A stretch of 64,000 nt of DNA, taken from Eledone cirrhosa (lineage: Eukaryota). The notes under the pieces were generated by a model. That model was not told the DNA's origin. It made no database searches and worked only from the letters and a program-made list of their open reading frames with translations. Shown here one piece after another: positions 43,399-57,554 of the stretch. The stretch lies in NCBI GenBank assembly GCA_964016885.1, contig OZ024751.1, positions 26,970,001 through 27,034,000 of the forward strand, in the 5' to 3' direction. The translations under genes and the position numbers were made by a program. Every line of letters begins with the position of its first letter. Position 1 is the stretch's first letter.

Positions 43399-46366
43399 AC
43401 TGTCGGTTTCTACCGTGAATGTGCCACTATATTTGGTGTCTACTCTCGGTTTCTACCGTGAATGTGCCACTATATTTGGTGTCTACTCTCAGTTTCTACC
43501 GTGAATGTGCCACTATATTTGGTGTCTACTCTCGGTTTCTACCGTGAATGTGCCACTATATTTGGTGTCTACTCTCGGTTTCTACCGTGAATGTGCCACT
43601 ATATTTGGTGTCTACTCTCGGTTTCTACCGTGAATGTGCCACTATATTTGGTGTCTACTCTCGGTTTCTACTGTGAATGTGCCACTATATTTGGTGTCTA
43701 CTCTCGGTTTCTACTGTGAATGTGCCACTATATTTGGTGTCTACTCTCGGTTTCTACCGTGAATGTGCCACTATATTTGGTGTCTACTCTCGGTTTCTAC
43801 CGTGAATGTGCCACTATATTTGGTGTCTACTCTCGGTTTCTACCGTGAATGTGCCACTATATTTGGTGTCTACTGTCGGTTTCTACCGTGAATGTGCCAC
43901 TATATTTGGTGTCTACTCTCGGTTTCTACCGTGAATGTGCCACTATATTTGGTGTCTACTCTCGGTTTCTACCGTGAATGTGCCACTATATTTGGTGTCT
44001 ACTGTCGGTTTCTACCGTGAATGTGCCACTATATTTGGTGTCTACTCTCGGTTTCTACTGTGAATGTGCCACTATATTTGGTGTCTACTCTCAGTTTCTA
44101 CCGTGAATGTGCCACTATATTTGGTGTCTACTCTCGGTTTCTACTGTGAATGTGCCACTATATTTGGTGTCTACTCTCGGTTTCTACCGTGAATGTGCCA
44201 CTATATTTGGTGTCTACTCTTGGTTTCTACCGTGAATGTGCCACTATATTTGGTGTCTACTCTCGGTTTCTACCGTGAATGTGCCACTATATTTGGTGTC
44301 TACTCTCGGTTTCTACCGTGAATGTGCCACTATATTTGGTGTCTACTCTCGGTTTCTACCGTGAATGTGCCACTATATTTGGTGTCTACTCTCGGTTTCT
44401 ACTGTGAATGTGCCACTATATTTGGTGTCTACTCTCGGTTTCTACTGTGAATGTGCCACTATATTTGGTGTCTACTCTCGGTTTCTACCGTGAATGTGCC
44501 ACTATATTTGGTGTCTACTCTCGGTTTCTACCGTGAATGTGCCACTATATTTGGTGTCTACTCTCGGTTTCTACCGTGAATGTGCCACTATATTTGGTGT
44601 CTACTGTCGGTTTCTACCGTGAATGTGCCACTATATTTGGTGTCTACTCTCGGTTTCTACCGTGAATGTGCCACTATATTTGGTGTCTACTCTCGGTTTC
44701 TACCGTGAATGTGCCACTATATTTGGTGTCTACTGTCGGTTTCTACCGTGAATGTGCCACTATATTTGGTGTCTACTCTCGGTTTCTACTGTGAATGTGC
44801 CACTATATTTGGTGTCTACTCTCAGTTTCTACCGTGAATGTGCCACTATATTTGGTGTCTACTCTCGGTTTCTACCGTGAATGTGCCACTATATTTGGTG
44901 TCTACTGTCGGTTTCTACCGTGAATGTGCCACTATATTTGGTGTCTACTCTTGGTTTCTACTGTGAATGTGCCACTATATTTGGTGTCTACTCTCAGTTT
45001 CTACCGTGAATGTGCCACTATATTTGGTGTCTACTCTCAGTTTCTACCGTGAATGTGCCACTATATTTGGTGTCTACTCTCAGTTTCTACCGTGAATGTG
45101 CCACTATATTTGGTGTCTACTCTCAGTTTCTACCGTGAATGTGCCACTATATTTGGTGTCTACTCTCAGTTTCTACTGTGAATGTGCCACTATATTTGGT
45201 GTCTACTCTCAGTTTCTACTGTGAATGTGCCACTATATTTGGTGTCTACTCTCAGTTTCTACCGTGAATGTGCCACTATATTTGGTGTCTACTCTCAGTT
45301 TCTACCGTGAATGTGCCACTATATTTGGTGTCTACTCTCAGTTTCTACCGTGAATGTGCCACTATATTTGGTGTCTACTCTCAGTTTCTACCGTGAATGT
45401 GCCACTATATTTGGTGTCTACTCTCAGTTTCTACCGTGAATGTGCCACTATATTTGGTGTCTACTGTCGGTTTCTACTGTGAATGTGCCACTATATTTGG
45501 TGTCTACTCTCGGTTTCTACTGTGAATGTGCCACTATATTTGGTGTCTACTCTCGGTTTCTACCGTGAATGTGCCACTATATTTGGTGTCTACTCTCGGT
45601 TTCTACCGTGAATGTGCCACTATATTTGGTGTCTACTCTCGGTTTCTACCGTGAATGTGCCACTATATTTGGTGTCTACTGTCGGTTTCTACCGTGAATG
45701 TGCCACTATATTTGGTGTCTACTCTCGGTTTCTACCGTGAATGTGCCACTATATTTGGTGTCTACTCTCGGTTTCTACCGTGAATGTGCCACTATATTTG
45801 GTGTCTACTGTCGGTTTCTACCGTGAATGTGCCACTATATTTGGTGTCTACTCTCGGTTTCTACTGTGAATGTGCCACTATATTTGGTGTCTACTCTCGG
45901 TTTCTACCGTGAATGTGCCACTATATTTGGTGTCTACTCTCAGTTTCTACCGTGAATGTGCCACTATATTTGGTGTCTACTCTCGGTTTCTACCGTGAAT
46001 GTGCCACTATATTTGGTGTCTACTCTCGGTTTCTACTGTGAATGTGCCACTATATTTGGTGTCTACTCTCGGTTTCTACCGTGAATGTGCCACTATATTT
46101 GGTGTCTACTCTCGGTTTCTACCGTGAATGTGCCACTATATTTGGTGTCTACTCTCAGTTTCTACCGTGAATGTGCCACTATATTTGGTGTCTACTCTCG
46201 GTTTCTACCGTGAATGTGCCACTATATTTGGTGTCTACTCTCGGTTTCTACTGTGAATGTGCCACTATATTTGGTGTCTACTCTCGGTTTCTACTGTGAA
46301 TGTGCCACTATATTTGGTGTCTACTCTCGGTTTCTACTGTGAATGTGCCACTATATTTGGTTTCTA
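43399..46366. repeat. 43-bp satellite array, ~69 copies
   Basis: ctctcggtttctaccgtgaatgtgccactatatttggtgtcta. Confidence 0.98.
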
Positions 46367-47085
46367 GTCATGTCATCATCCTATCAAATTATTCTTTAAA
46401 CTAGAACCACTTTTTCTGTATAAAACTGAATGAACTAAGACACTCCCGATTTTTGGTCTAAAATTACCAATATTTTCGTTGCCTAATCATGGGATCTTTC
46501 TCAACCTATCAAATTGCACTTCAAACTTATAACAATCTGAGCCACATTTGTTGCATGAAACTGAAAGTAATTCCCAACATCAGTTAGATGTGACTTACAA
46601 GTTGGCATAGCCACACATCTCTCCATCTCTCTTAACTTTTGAAAATCATGAAACTTGTGAAACCGGTTAAGTTATAAATTATTGTAAATAAACCTTCTTA
46701 AAGACTCCAATTGCATTTTGAACTTCTTTTTCATATATATATATATATATGTGTATATATATATGTATATGTATATATATGTATATGTATATGTATGTAT
46801 ATATATATGTATGTATAAGACTAAATATTTGAGGTGGCAATAAATGGTAAAATAAAAATATGTGCGAGGGGAGGAGGAGAGTGTGAGGATGAGGGAGAGT
46901 GTGAGGATGAGGGAGAGTGGGAGGAAGAGGGAGAGTGTGAGGATGAGGGAGAGTGGGAGGAAGAGGGAGAGTGTGAGGATGGGCGAGAGTGGGAGGAAGA
47001 GGTGGAGGTAAGAAAGCAGAAGGTTGAGGATGTACAGTGATAAAGGCTGAACTATGTTCTCCTATTGAAGTAGATTATAGTTTAA

Positions 47086-47499
47086 CCCTTTCCTGGCCAT
47101 ATTTCTACTGAAATACACTCTATTCTAGTTAATTAATTGTTTCTACGTTTGGCACAAGGCCAGCAAATACCCAGTGCATTACTGGTACTTTATTTTATCA
47201 ACCCTGTAAGGATGAAAGACAAAGTTATCCTCGGCGGGATTTGAACTCAGAATGGCAAGGACCGTAACTCTCTACATCAAAGCATGACGTCCCACCCTCT
47301 ACCAATACTGCCAATTAATGAAGAATTATCAGTGATTTACTAAAATGATTAATTATTTCATTAGTAAGACAGTAACTTAATGTAAGGTTCTTATATACAA
47401 TTATGGTGGAAGATTTTAATTTAAATTGGAAACCTTTAAATTGATTGGTTTTATTTCATAGAACCAGACCTGATTTTGGCTGGATTGGTAACTAAAGGG
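47086..47499. mobile_element. Probable piggyBac-type MITE interrupted by a SINE (47135-47313, minus)
   Basis: TTAA|CCCTTT...AAAGGG|TTAA termini. Confidence 0.5.
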
Positions 47500-49441
47500 T
47501 TAAGTAAGGTGTGGTGGAAGTCCAATGGAGTGGTGGTCATTGGAGGAGTCAGATGTTGACTTAGGGCTAAACTCATGACAATAAGAAGTGGATCTTTATA
47601 GGACTTCAAGTATGTGTATGGAAGAACATTAATGTTGTACTGACATATGTATGGAAGACCTTAATAACTTGCTGTTATATGTATGGAAGACCTTAATAAT
47701 TGTTTTAGCATGTAAAGTAAGCTGTCATATTTATTTTAAAATAATCGTCTTAAGTCTGTCTCGTGTCCAGCAACTCATCAGGCCAGTGCTTATCCTGGTT
47801 TCTGTAGTGTGAAGCGACTGATAGTACCAGGCTCCCCGCTGGACTGGACGCCAGTCACAGGGTTAAACCTCCAGTTATTACTGGTACATATCAGCTGAGT
47901 ATACTGGAACAACATAAAATGAAGTGGTTTGCTCAAGAACACAACACACAACCCAGTCCAGGAATTGAACCCACAACATTATGATTCTAAGTCCAACACC
48001 CTTACCACTAGGCCACCTGCCTCCTTGGTCATAGATATGGAAGACCTTAATAAAATTGATGGTATGTTGTGTGTGGGGTGGTATTGATGGTATGTTGTGT
48101 GTGGGGTGGTATTGATGGTATGTTGTGTGTGGGGTGGTATTGATGGTATGTTGTGTGGTGTGGTCTGGTAGTGATGGTATGTTGTATGCGGTGTGGTGTA
48201 GTGTGGTAGTGATGGTATGTTGTATGTGGTGTGGTATTGATGGTATGTTGTGTGGTGTGGTATTGATGGTATGTTGTGTGGTGTGGTCTGGTAGTGATGG
48301 TATGTTGTATGTGGGGTGGTATTAATGAATAACTTCCCCCCTTCTCACCAACTAGTCTCGGACACATTGAAAAGGGTCATAGGTTTTGCCCTTCCTCATC
48401 TGACCAAAATACACAAATTATAGATGACCACTGGCCACACACATATACACCACTTCCCCTACACACAAACAGTCTATGCCCCCCCCCCCCCCACTGAAAC
48501 CCAACAGTACAGCCATTAGAGTGTAAGAATCTCTTGTTGTATTTGTTGATAAGTTGAGTCCAACTGTCTTTCATCCATTCAGCATGAAATAGAAGACAAC
48601 AGATTGTTTGAAGTGTTAGCACACAAGATGTTCTAAAGTAGCTATAATATTCCACAGTTTAAGTTCCACTTAGATATTCAAATCCTATTGATGGTCAAGT
48701 GATTCTAAAGACTGTAATGGGTGGAGAAGGGTTGTGGCTATCTACTACTACAGGTGAACAATGATGATGCTCCCCCCCCCCCTCATACACACACGGTACA
48801 TAAACACAAATGAGATTCAAGCTACTAGCCCACCATCGGTTCATACCTCCGCTTTCAGTAGCAACCCAGTCTGCTGAGGACCCACTGAACTCTTGGAAGC
48901 AGGGACAATTAATGTTAAACAATGTTGGTGGTGGTGGTGGTGGTATTAGTGGTGGTGGTGGTGGTGGTGGTGGTGGTGGTGTTATATAGAACTTGATGGA
49001 TCTATCACCCACATATGTTAATAAAAACAGAAACACTAATTTGTATTTTCATTGGTATCGATATTAGAAGTCTGTGCCTTTAAATGACAGTTAAAGACAG
49101 GGAAGACAGGGAGTTAGTGGGAAGATCTGGAGCAAGAATGGCAGTTTGAGGGAGGTCAAGAATATTGTAGAGAGACAGAGAGAGAAAGAAATGGGGGAAA
49201 TCAGGGAGGGAGAGAGGAAAGAAATTATTAAGATAAAAATAGCACACAAACCTTTCATTGATAGATCTTTGGGATCCCTGGTACCACCTAGAAAAAGTAG
49301 AGTGGTAGAAGACACTTGATGCTGATTAGCAATCAATGGCCCCAATCACCCTCCACCTTCAACCCTCTTTATTTACATATTCTCTTATTATAAGGCTTGC
49401 CTCTTTTCATTTCATTTCTGAGGACAGTTTAAGATGGACAA

Positions 49442-49875
49442 GGGTTAGGTGAAGGTTTTCTCTTGTACCTCATATTGTGCTACAAACAGTGGATTTGGGG
49501 CAGTTTACAATAGACATGGGTTAGGTGAAGGTTTTCTCTTGTACTTCATATTGTGCTACAAACAGTGGATTTGGGGCAGTTTACAATAGACATGGGTTAG
49601 GTGAAGGTTTTCTCTTGTACTTCATATTGTGCTACAAACAGTGGATTTGGGGCAGTTTACAATAGACATGGGTTAGGTGAAGGTTTTCTCTTGTACCTCA
49701 TATTGTGCTACAAACAGTGGATTTGGGGCAGTTTACAATAGACATGGGTTAGGTGAAGGTTTTCTCTTGTACCTCATATTGTGCTACAAACAGTGGATTT
49801 GGGGCAGTATACAATAGACATGGGTTAGGTGAAGGTTTTCTCTTGTACCTCATATTGTGCTACAAACAGTGGATT
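49442..49875. repeat. 76-bp tandem repeat, ~5.7 copies
   Basis: gggttaggtgaaggttttctcttgtacc... at 49442, 49518, 49594 and onward. Confidence 0.95.
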
Positions 49876-50288
49876 CAGAAGAATTATTTGATTCTTTCAA
49901 CATAATATAAATGTTTGTCTAAATGAAACGACCAACCTAAAAACTGTACAACGATAAACCTCCTCTCCTTTTAGAGAAAGATTGGGCTGGGTAAATGTTT
50001 ACTGTGGTACCTCAAAATTGTGCAAACAATGTACAAGATTTTAGTTAGAAAAATTGTTATATTAACGGGTCTTTTATGAATGTTTCTTTACAGAAACATC
50101 TTACCTCAAAACTCTACATCAGTAAAGTTCCTGTTTAAGGCTGGCTTAGGTTGGGAAAGATTTACTGTTATAGATAGCTGGATTATAAAATTTCATACAC
50201 ACACACACACATATATTTATATATATATATACACACATACATATATATATATATACATAGATATATACATATATATATATATACATAA

Positions 50289-50319
<31 letters not shown>

Positions 50320-50382
50320 TACACATATATACATATATATACCTATATATATATATATACATATATATACATATATATATAG

Positions 50383-50437
<55 letters not shown>

Positions 50438-50724
50438 CAATCCACAAGACATATCTGAAGACCCTTTGAATGCAGAGTCGGGTTCTATCTGTAACAGATC
50501 CTGCCTTGAGCTGATCGACAGAGAAACATATGTAATATGTTAATAAATTGTGGTTTGATGCATTACTGACTCCTCGTTATCTATAACAATATACACTGCT
50601 CTGCATGAGCATTGAGTGCTCCACCGGCATACCACCTACGGCTGCATTTAATTGCAACCCTATAACAACTATATATATACACACAAACACACACACACTA
50701 TATGTGTGTGTGTGTTTGTGTGTA

Positions 50725-50854
<130 letters not shown>

Positions 50855-51328
50855 TATACATACATACTTACATATATGGTGGCTGCCAACTCGTTTTCGA
50901 GTACGGCCACTACTTTATATCCATGTAGGAGAACCCCTACCGATGCGCTGAACGAGTGTGACTTTTTAGTCCAGCCAGCGACTTGAAAACTCTGGCACAA
51001 ACACTACACTTGTGACAATTATTGACACATAGTGCTGGGCCCATGGTACCATGTGACGACAAATGCAGAGAGATCTCCAGATATAAAGCAATGCCTGTGC
51101 CGTGAAGCTTTTATAGTTTTATAGTGAGCAAAGGCACTGCACAAAGCCAGTCCCACTCTCTTAACCAAGATGATATTTACCAAAAAGAAGAACAAGTCAA
51201 CATCATTGGATACCATCAGGGTTTCAGGTGTTATATCAGAGTTTTCCTTCTCCTAGAATTCTGCCTTGACAAAGGCTAAGGGGGTCATCTCTCCCGGTGA
51301 TTTTGGATGGCCATATATATATATATAC

Positions 51329-51381
<53 letters not shown>

Positions 51382-51384
51382 CAT

Positions 51385-51453
<69 letters not shown>

Positions 51454-52504
51454 TATATATATAACAAAGGAAAAATCTATTGTTACTTGGCACCTTTAAT
51501 TTTCTAATGCATTGTATGGTTTTCAAAATTATTTGAATTTATATATATATATATATATATATACATATTTATATATATAATATATTTATAATATATATAT
51601 AGGAACGATCGACCTTCGTCAAATCGGACCGAGGGAACAATGTTTCCGTTGGTCTTTCCAATTGCTAATACTATCTATCGGTCGCAACTCTAGGTAGAAG
51701 GAGCAACGTGAAATAAAGTGTCTTGCTCAAGGACATAACGCATCGCCTGGTCCAGGAATCGAACTCATAATATATATATATATATATTATAAAGAGAGAG
51801 AGATTATGGCAAGGTCTGTTGTATAGTTTGGGTAGTAAAGTAGAGTGTGGTGGTGGAGGGGGACATTAGAGATTAGGGGAGGGGGTATTATTTTGTTTGC
51901 AGTACAGTTTAGAGGAGGGGTATAGGGGTTTTTCTTTGAGATGAATTGATCAACTGGATATTATAGTGAAAAGAAGAGCCACCAGTTGACATGGTGGAAT
52001 TGTTGGCAACACTGCTCTAGATATTTGGATCTAAAGAAAAACATTTGATTCTCAGTTGATCTGGTTTGAGATAAAGAATGGCTTCCCAGAATCTCCTGGG
52101 AACATTCCTCTCCCTTTAATCTATCTTCTTTCTATACTTACACTGGAAAATGGAAAACAAATCAAAGAAGAAAGAAACAAACTAAAATATATCAGCCCCC
52201 TTCCTCCTCCACCTACCCATATTAAACAACCCCTCCTCCTTCCACCCATATTAAACAACAACCCCCCCCCCCTCTCTCTCCACACATTTTCCTCCTCCTT
52301 CTACCCATACTCCTCCCACATACACATGTAATTGTTAAAATGCAGTAACAGAAAAGAAATTTCACTCCTCTACCCCTCCCTCACTCCACTCTACCCCTCC
52401 CACACTCCACTCGACCCCTCCCACACTCCACTCTACCCCTCCCTCACTCCACCTGCCACTCCATTCTTTTAAACATCTCTCTTTGTCTCCTTGTTCTAAC
52501 AGTA

Positions 52505-53232
52505 GGAGGAGGAAGAGGTGGTGGTGTGGTGGTGGTGGTGGTGGCATTGGTGTGGTAGTGGTGGTGATGGTGGTGTTGGCGGTGGTGGTTTTGGTGGTGG
52601 TGGTGGTGGTGGTGGTGGTGGTGGTGGTGGTGGTGGTGTTGGTGGTGGTGGTGATAGTGGTGGTAGTAGCGTTGGTGGTGGTGGTGATAGTGGTGATGGT
52701 GGCGTTGGTGGTGGTAGTGATGTGGTGGTGGTGGTGGTGTGGTAGTAGTGGTGGTAGTAGCGTTGGTGGTGGTAGTGATGTGGTGGTGGTGGTGGGGTTG
52801 GGGGGGTTAGTGTTGGTGGTGGTGGTGGTGTGGTAGTGGTGGTGGTGGTGTGGTAGTGGTGGTGGTGGTAGTGATGTGGTGGTGGTAGTGGGGTTAGGGG
52901 GGGGTTAGTGTTGGTGGTGGTGGTGGTGTGGTAGTGGTGGTGGTGGTAGTGATGTGGTGGTGGTGGTGGGGTTGGGGGGGGAGTTAGTGGTGGTGGTGGT
53001 GTGGTAGTGGTGGTGGTGGTGTGGTAGTGGTGGTGGTGGTAGTGATGTGGTGGTGGTAGTGATGGTGGTGGTGATGTCGGTGGTGGCGACAATGATGGTG
53101 GTGAGGTGGTAGTAGTGATGGTGGTGGTGATGTGGTGGTGGTGGTGGATGGTGGTGATGTGGTGGTATTGATGCGGTGGTGGTGGTGGTTGTGATTTGGG
53201 GGGGGGGGGGGTAGTGATGTGGTGGTGGTGCT
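52505..53232. repeat. (GGT)n-rich low-complexity tract
   Basis: Imperfect GGT repeats with G runs. Confidence 0.9.
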
Positions 53233-53723
53233 ACTATGCTACTACCACTATTATTACTATTACTACTGTTACTGCTACTGCTACTACCACTACTACTGCT
53301 GCTGCTGCTGCTACTACTAACACCACCAAAACCACTGACACATCTGTCTGCCCCTCCAAATGCCTCTAGTGGGGTAGATGGGGTTGGTGGCGGTGGTGGT
53401 GGTGGTAATAGATTCTGGTGACTATATATGTGGGCAGTTGGAGGATGGGTACATATGGAGGACTAAATACTTCCGATGGGTACATATAGAGGGTGGAGGA
53501 GGACTAAATACTTCCGATGGGTACATATGGAGGGTGGAGGAGGACTAAATACTTCCGATGGGTACATATGGAGGCAAAAGAAACTGATTGGAGGTGTCGG
53601 GTGGGGTGAAGAACATTTGGAAAAATGTAATTTTGCTTTTGTTTTTCCTTTCAGTTTTTGACATGTAAAATAAACTATATGCCCATATTTGTACATATAC
53701 ATTTCAACATACATTTATGTGTG

Positions 53724-53782
<59 letters not shown>

Positions 53783-53823
53783 CGAAACATAAGTCAATTG
53801 CATGAACTCCTAATCCTTTATTT

Positions 53824-53881
53824 ACTGCTATATATATATTTCGATGATAGCCATTGAATGGCTATGACCTCATCAGGCAGT
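53824..53881 (-). ncRNA. Type I hammerhead ribozyme, intact core
   Basis: ACTGC-CTGATGA-GGTCATAGCCAT(TCA)ATGGCTATCATC-GAAA-TATATATA-TA^-GCAGT; stems I, II and palindromic III all pair. Confidence 0.85.
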
Positions 53882-53944
53882 TAGTCAGTTCTTAGATATG
53901 CCAGCTCTGTGTTTATAGTGTTGATGGTATCAGAGCCTTGGGAC

Positions 53945-53975
<31 letters not shown>

Positions 53976-54286
53976 CCCTCTGGATTCCCAGAAACCTATC
54001 AAAGATATTTATTGATTAATATCTATTGATCAGGTCCAGGTGCGTCTTTAATCTGTCTGTATTTTTCATTGTTGTAGTATTAAGGTGGCAACATGTCTCT
54101 GGTCACATTATTCCTGGTGTCACTATTACCTAACTCATTGTGATTACTCTGAGGAGTAATTTATTGATTACTCTCTCATTGAGTGCTTTGTAACAGCATT
54201 CAAAGATTGATTGCAAACCTGCTACTCACAGCTGCAGCTTTGGTTATACTCATTATTATTATTATTATATACATATATATATATAC

Positions 54287-54355
<69 letters not shown>

Positions 54356-55390
54356 TGTGTGATTATATACATATGTGTCTGTGTATATATATATATACAC
54401 ACACACAGACCATAAGAAGATGTTCATGTTATGACACTAATTCTATGCTGTTCATGTGAGTTGATTCGAACATCTAATTAGTATTTTGCTCGTTAGTGTG
54501 AGCTGGAAGGAAGTAATCAGGAGGATCCAATAATAACCCTAAAGACTCCCAGTACCTTTACTCAGGAGAAAGGGGTAAAAGGTCCTCTCAAAATTTAAGG
54601 GTACTGAGAGGTATTTTTGAAGCTATTGCATATTCAAACCAACCTCTCCACCCTGTCCTCCCAGACCAATTCACTAACTGGACCTCACCCCTCTTACAGT
54701 CACTGTTGAGTGTTAAGTCTGACTGGCTGAATTTAATAATGTTAATTTTATGCTAATATTGTATTAAGGCTGAGTGTAAACATATGTATGTGTATGAAAC
54801 ATATGTGTATATGTGTTGTGTAGTATACTAATATAAGGTCAGTCACACGACTGCAAGAGATGAGTGGACAATGAACACCAAAAAGATGACCGCTACTTTA
54901 TCTACCTTAACTGCTGAAAGTTAAAGGAAGTTTGTCAATCCAGAACGAGAAGGACCATAGTTGAATACCACATGCTAGAAATGGCAGCTATACTAATAAT
55001 ATACTTTTTACATCGTGACACTTTAAAACACAAAACATTGTTTGTTTGTTTTTCTGTTTAGTGAGCGAGGGAAGAGCAATGACCCTTTTCAGGGCCTCAC
55101 TGGAATGAGTGAGATAGGATGGTGTCCCCAGGGACCTGGCTCAAATGTTTACAACAGAGTAGACCCTGCCAGGGCCAGATGGTGGGGTTAAACTGGACTG
55201 CAAAGAGCCACGTTAAATACCAAACAATATTACATCCAATACTCTAATGATCCACAGCCCTCAACTGGGAATCTGTTTTATTAACCCCAAAATAATGAAA
55301 GGCAATCTGAACCTTGGCAAGATTTGAACTCAGAGTGCAGAGGGCCCGGACAAATACCACAAAACAACCATGCTATAACATTATATGTAT

Positions 55391-55574
55391 TGGATTGGCA
55401 GTATCGGTAGAGGGTCGGACGCCATGCTTTGACGCATAGAGTTACGGCCCTTGCCATTCTGAGTTCAAATCCCGCCGAGGTTAACTTTGCCTTTCATCCT
55501 TACGGGGTCGATAAAATAAAGTACCAGTAATGCACTGGGTAATTGCTGGCCTTGTGCCTTAAGTAGAAACAATT
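55391..55574 (+). mobile_element. tRNA-derived SINE with Meta-like central domain
   Basis: A box TGGCAGTATCGG, B box GTTCAAATCC, GCCTTTCATCCTTACGGGGTCGATAAAATAAAGTACCAG. More than 10 copies in the window, e.g. 22705-22915 -, 40004-40100 +, 47135-47313 -. Confidence 0.85.
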
Positions 55575-55652
55575 ATATGTATATATATATATGTGTGTAT
55601 ATATATGTATATATACATTCATTCGCATACACACACATACATATATACATAC

Positions 55653-55696
<44 letters not shown>

Positions 55697-55754
55697 GTAT
55701 GTATGTATATATGTATGTGTGTGTATGCGAATGCATATATACATACATATATAC

Positions 55755-55829
<75 letters not shown>

Positions 55830-55983
55830 CACATACATATATATATATATACTACTATATATAGAGAGAGATATCACTATTCTTAGAAGGCTTGTGAAGG
55901 CCAACAACACAGCCTCATCATACAGATGAAAACATTACAACACATGTGCCACACATACAGATGTAGTATACAGAATTACAAAC

Positions 55984-56068
55984 CTTTGATTGACTTGTCC
56001 TTTGGATCTCTTGTAAGTAAGATTCTTTTAGTGATGAATGGGTACCGTTTCGGTTGCGTTGGTGCTGG
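55984..56068 (-). CDS. PCLO: Piccolo-like exon (85 nt, phase 0-1): PAPTQPKRYPFITKRILLTRDPKDKSIK(G), first strand of the PDZ domain
   Basis: Acceptor ctctctattccag|CCA, donor G|gtttgt; resembles Piccolo FPHARIKITRDSKDHTVSG (recalled). This frame is not in the ORF track. Confidence 0.9.
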
Positions 56069-56123
56069 CTGGAATAGAGAGACAAATATTTATATATAGA
56101 TGGAGGCACATGGCTTAGTGGTT

Positions 56124-56905
56124 AAGAGAGAGAGAGAGAGAGGTGTATAGGTCAAGAGAGAGAGGTGTGTAGGTCAAGAGAGAGAGAGAGGTGTGTAGGT
56201 CAAGAGAGAGAGAGAGAGGTGTGTAGGTCAAGAGAGAGAGAGAGAGAGAGAGAGAGGTGTGTAGGTCAAGAGAGAGAGAAAGGTGTGTAGGTCAAGAGAG
56301 AGAGAGAGAGAGATGTGTGTTAGGTCAAGAGAGAGAGAAAGGTGTGTAGGTCAAGAGAGAGAGAAAGGTGTGTAGGTCAAGAGAGAGAGAGAGAGAGATG
56401 TGTGTTAGGTCAAGAGAGAGAGAAAGGTGTGTAGGTCAAGAGAGAGAGAAAGGTGTGTAGGTCAAGAGAGAGAGAGAGGTGTGTAGGTCAAGAGAGAGAG
56501 AGAGAGAGAGAAAGGTGTGTAGGTCAAGAGAGAGAGAGAGAGAGGGGTGTGTAGGTCAAGAGAGAGAGGGAGAGAGAGAGGTGTGTTAGGTCGAGAGAGA
56601 GAGAAAGGTGTGTAGGTCAAGAGAGAGAGAAAGGTGTGTAGGTCAAGAGAGAGAGAGAGAGAGATGTGTGTTAGGTCAAGAGAGAGAGAAAGGTGTGTAG
56701 GTCAAGAGAGAGACAGAGGTGTGTTAGGTCAAGAGAGAGAGAAAGGTGTGTAGGTCAAGAGAGAGAGAGAGAGAGGGGTGTGTTAGGTCGAGAGAGAGAG
56801 AGAGAGAGAGAGAGAGGTGTGTTAGGTCGAGAGAGAGAGAGAGAGAGAGAGAGGTGTGTTAGGTCGAGAGAGAGAGAGAGAGAGAGAGAGAGGTGTGTTA
56901 GGACA
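56124..56905. repeat. Compound minisatellite aggtgtgtaggtca(ag)n filling the 872-nt intron
   Basis: Repeated anchor with variable AG tract; begins right after a SINE head at 56101-56123. Confidence 0.92.
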
Positions 56906-56940
56906 AGCTAGCGAGATATCAAGACGAGAGAAAGACTGAC

Positions 56941-57062
56941 CTGTTTTTTGCGTTCCAGCTGTTTCAAGATGGTGACACCTCCTTCAGTCATATGTTTCAT
57001 AATTGGTTCATCCGCATCGACACTATTGTCACTTTCCACTCGGTACATGGCATTCATTAAAT
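56941..57062 (-). CDS. PCLO: Piccolo-like exon (122 nt, phase 1-0): DLMNAMYRVESDNSVDADEPIMKHMTEGGVTILKQLERKKQ
   Basis: Acceptor ttttgtgcgtag|AT, donor CAG|gtcagt; phases match both neighbours. Confidence 0.85.
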
Positions 57063-57172
57063 CTACGCACAAAATATTATAGAGAAACAAATCAGGTACC
57101 ATAAACCCACACAGCCCACAATCAACACTGCCTCTCATCCATTTGCTTTTCTCCTCCTATGTAACTTTCATG

Positions 57173-57207
<35 letters not shown>

Positions 57208-57243
57208 CACATACATATATATATATAATATAATAATAATAAT

Positions 57244-57433
57244 AATTGTTTCTACTCTTAGCACAAGGCCAACAATTATCCCAGTGTATTACTGGTACTT
57301 TATTTTATCGACCCCTGTAAGGATGAAAGGCAAAGTTAACCTCGGCGGGATTTGCACTCTGTCTGTAAAGAGACATAACTGTGCTGCAAGGCATGGCGTC
57401 CGACCCTCTACCGATACTGCCAATCCACCGCCC
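57244..57433 (-). mobile_element. Same SINE family, reverse orientation
   Basis: Reverse complement of 55391-55574. Confidence 0.85.
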
Positions 57434-57554
57434 TTATATATATATAATAATAATAATAATAATAAAAAAGACGATTTGTTATGTCTTCATTACGTTTATT
57501 GAGTAGTGATGCACGTTTCGCTATTGATCAGCTCAAGGTTTGATCTGTATCGAC

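Noticed and set aside
43399-46366. CRISPR-like regular arrays (also 20697-21837)
   Set aside because: No unique spacers, no cas genes, eukaryotic intron
47755-47785. Minus-strand CTGATGAG motif
   Set aside because: Part of a SINE 3' region; lacks GAAA and stems
52483-53092. Pro/His/Gly-rich ORFs (extensin-like)
   Set aside because: (GGT)n low-complexity tract with no splice support
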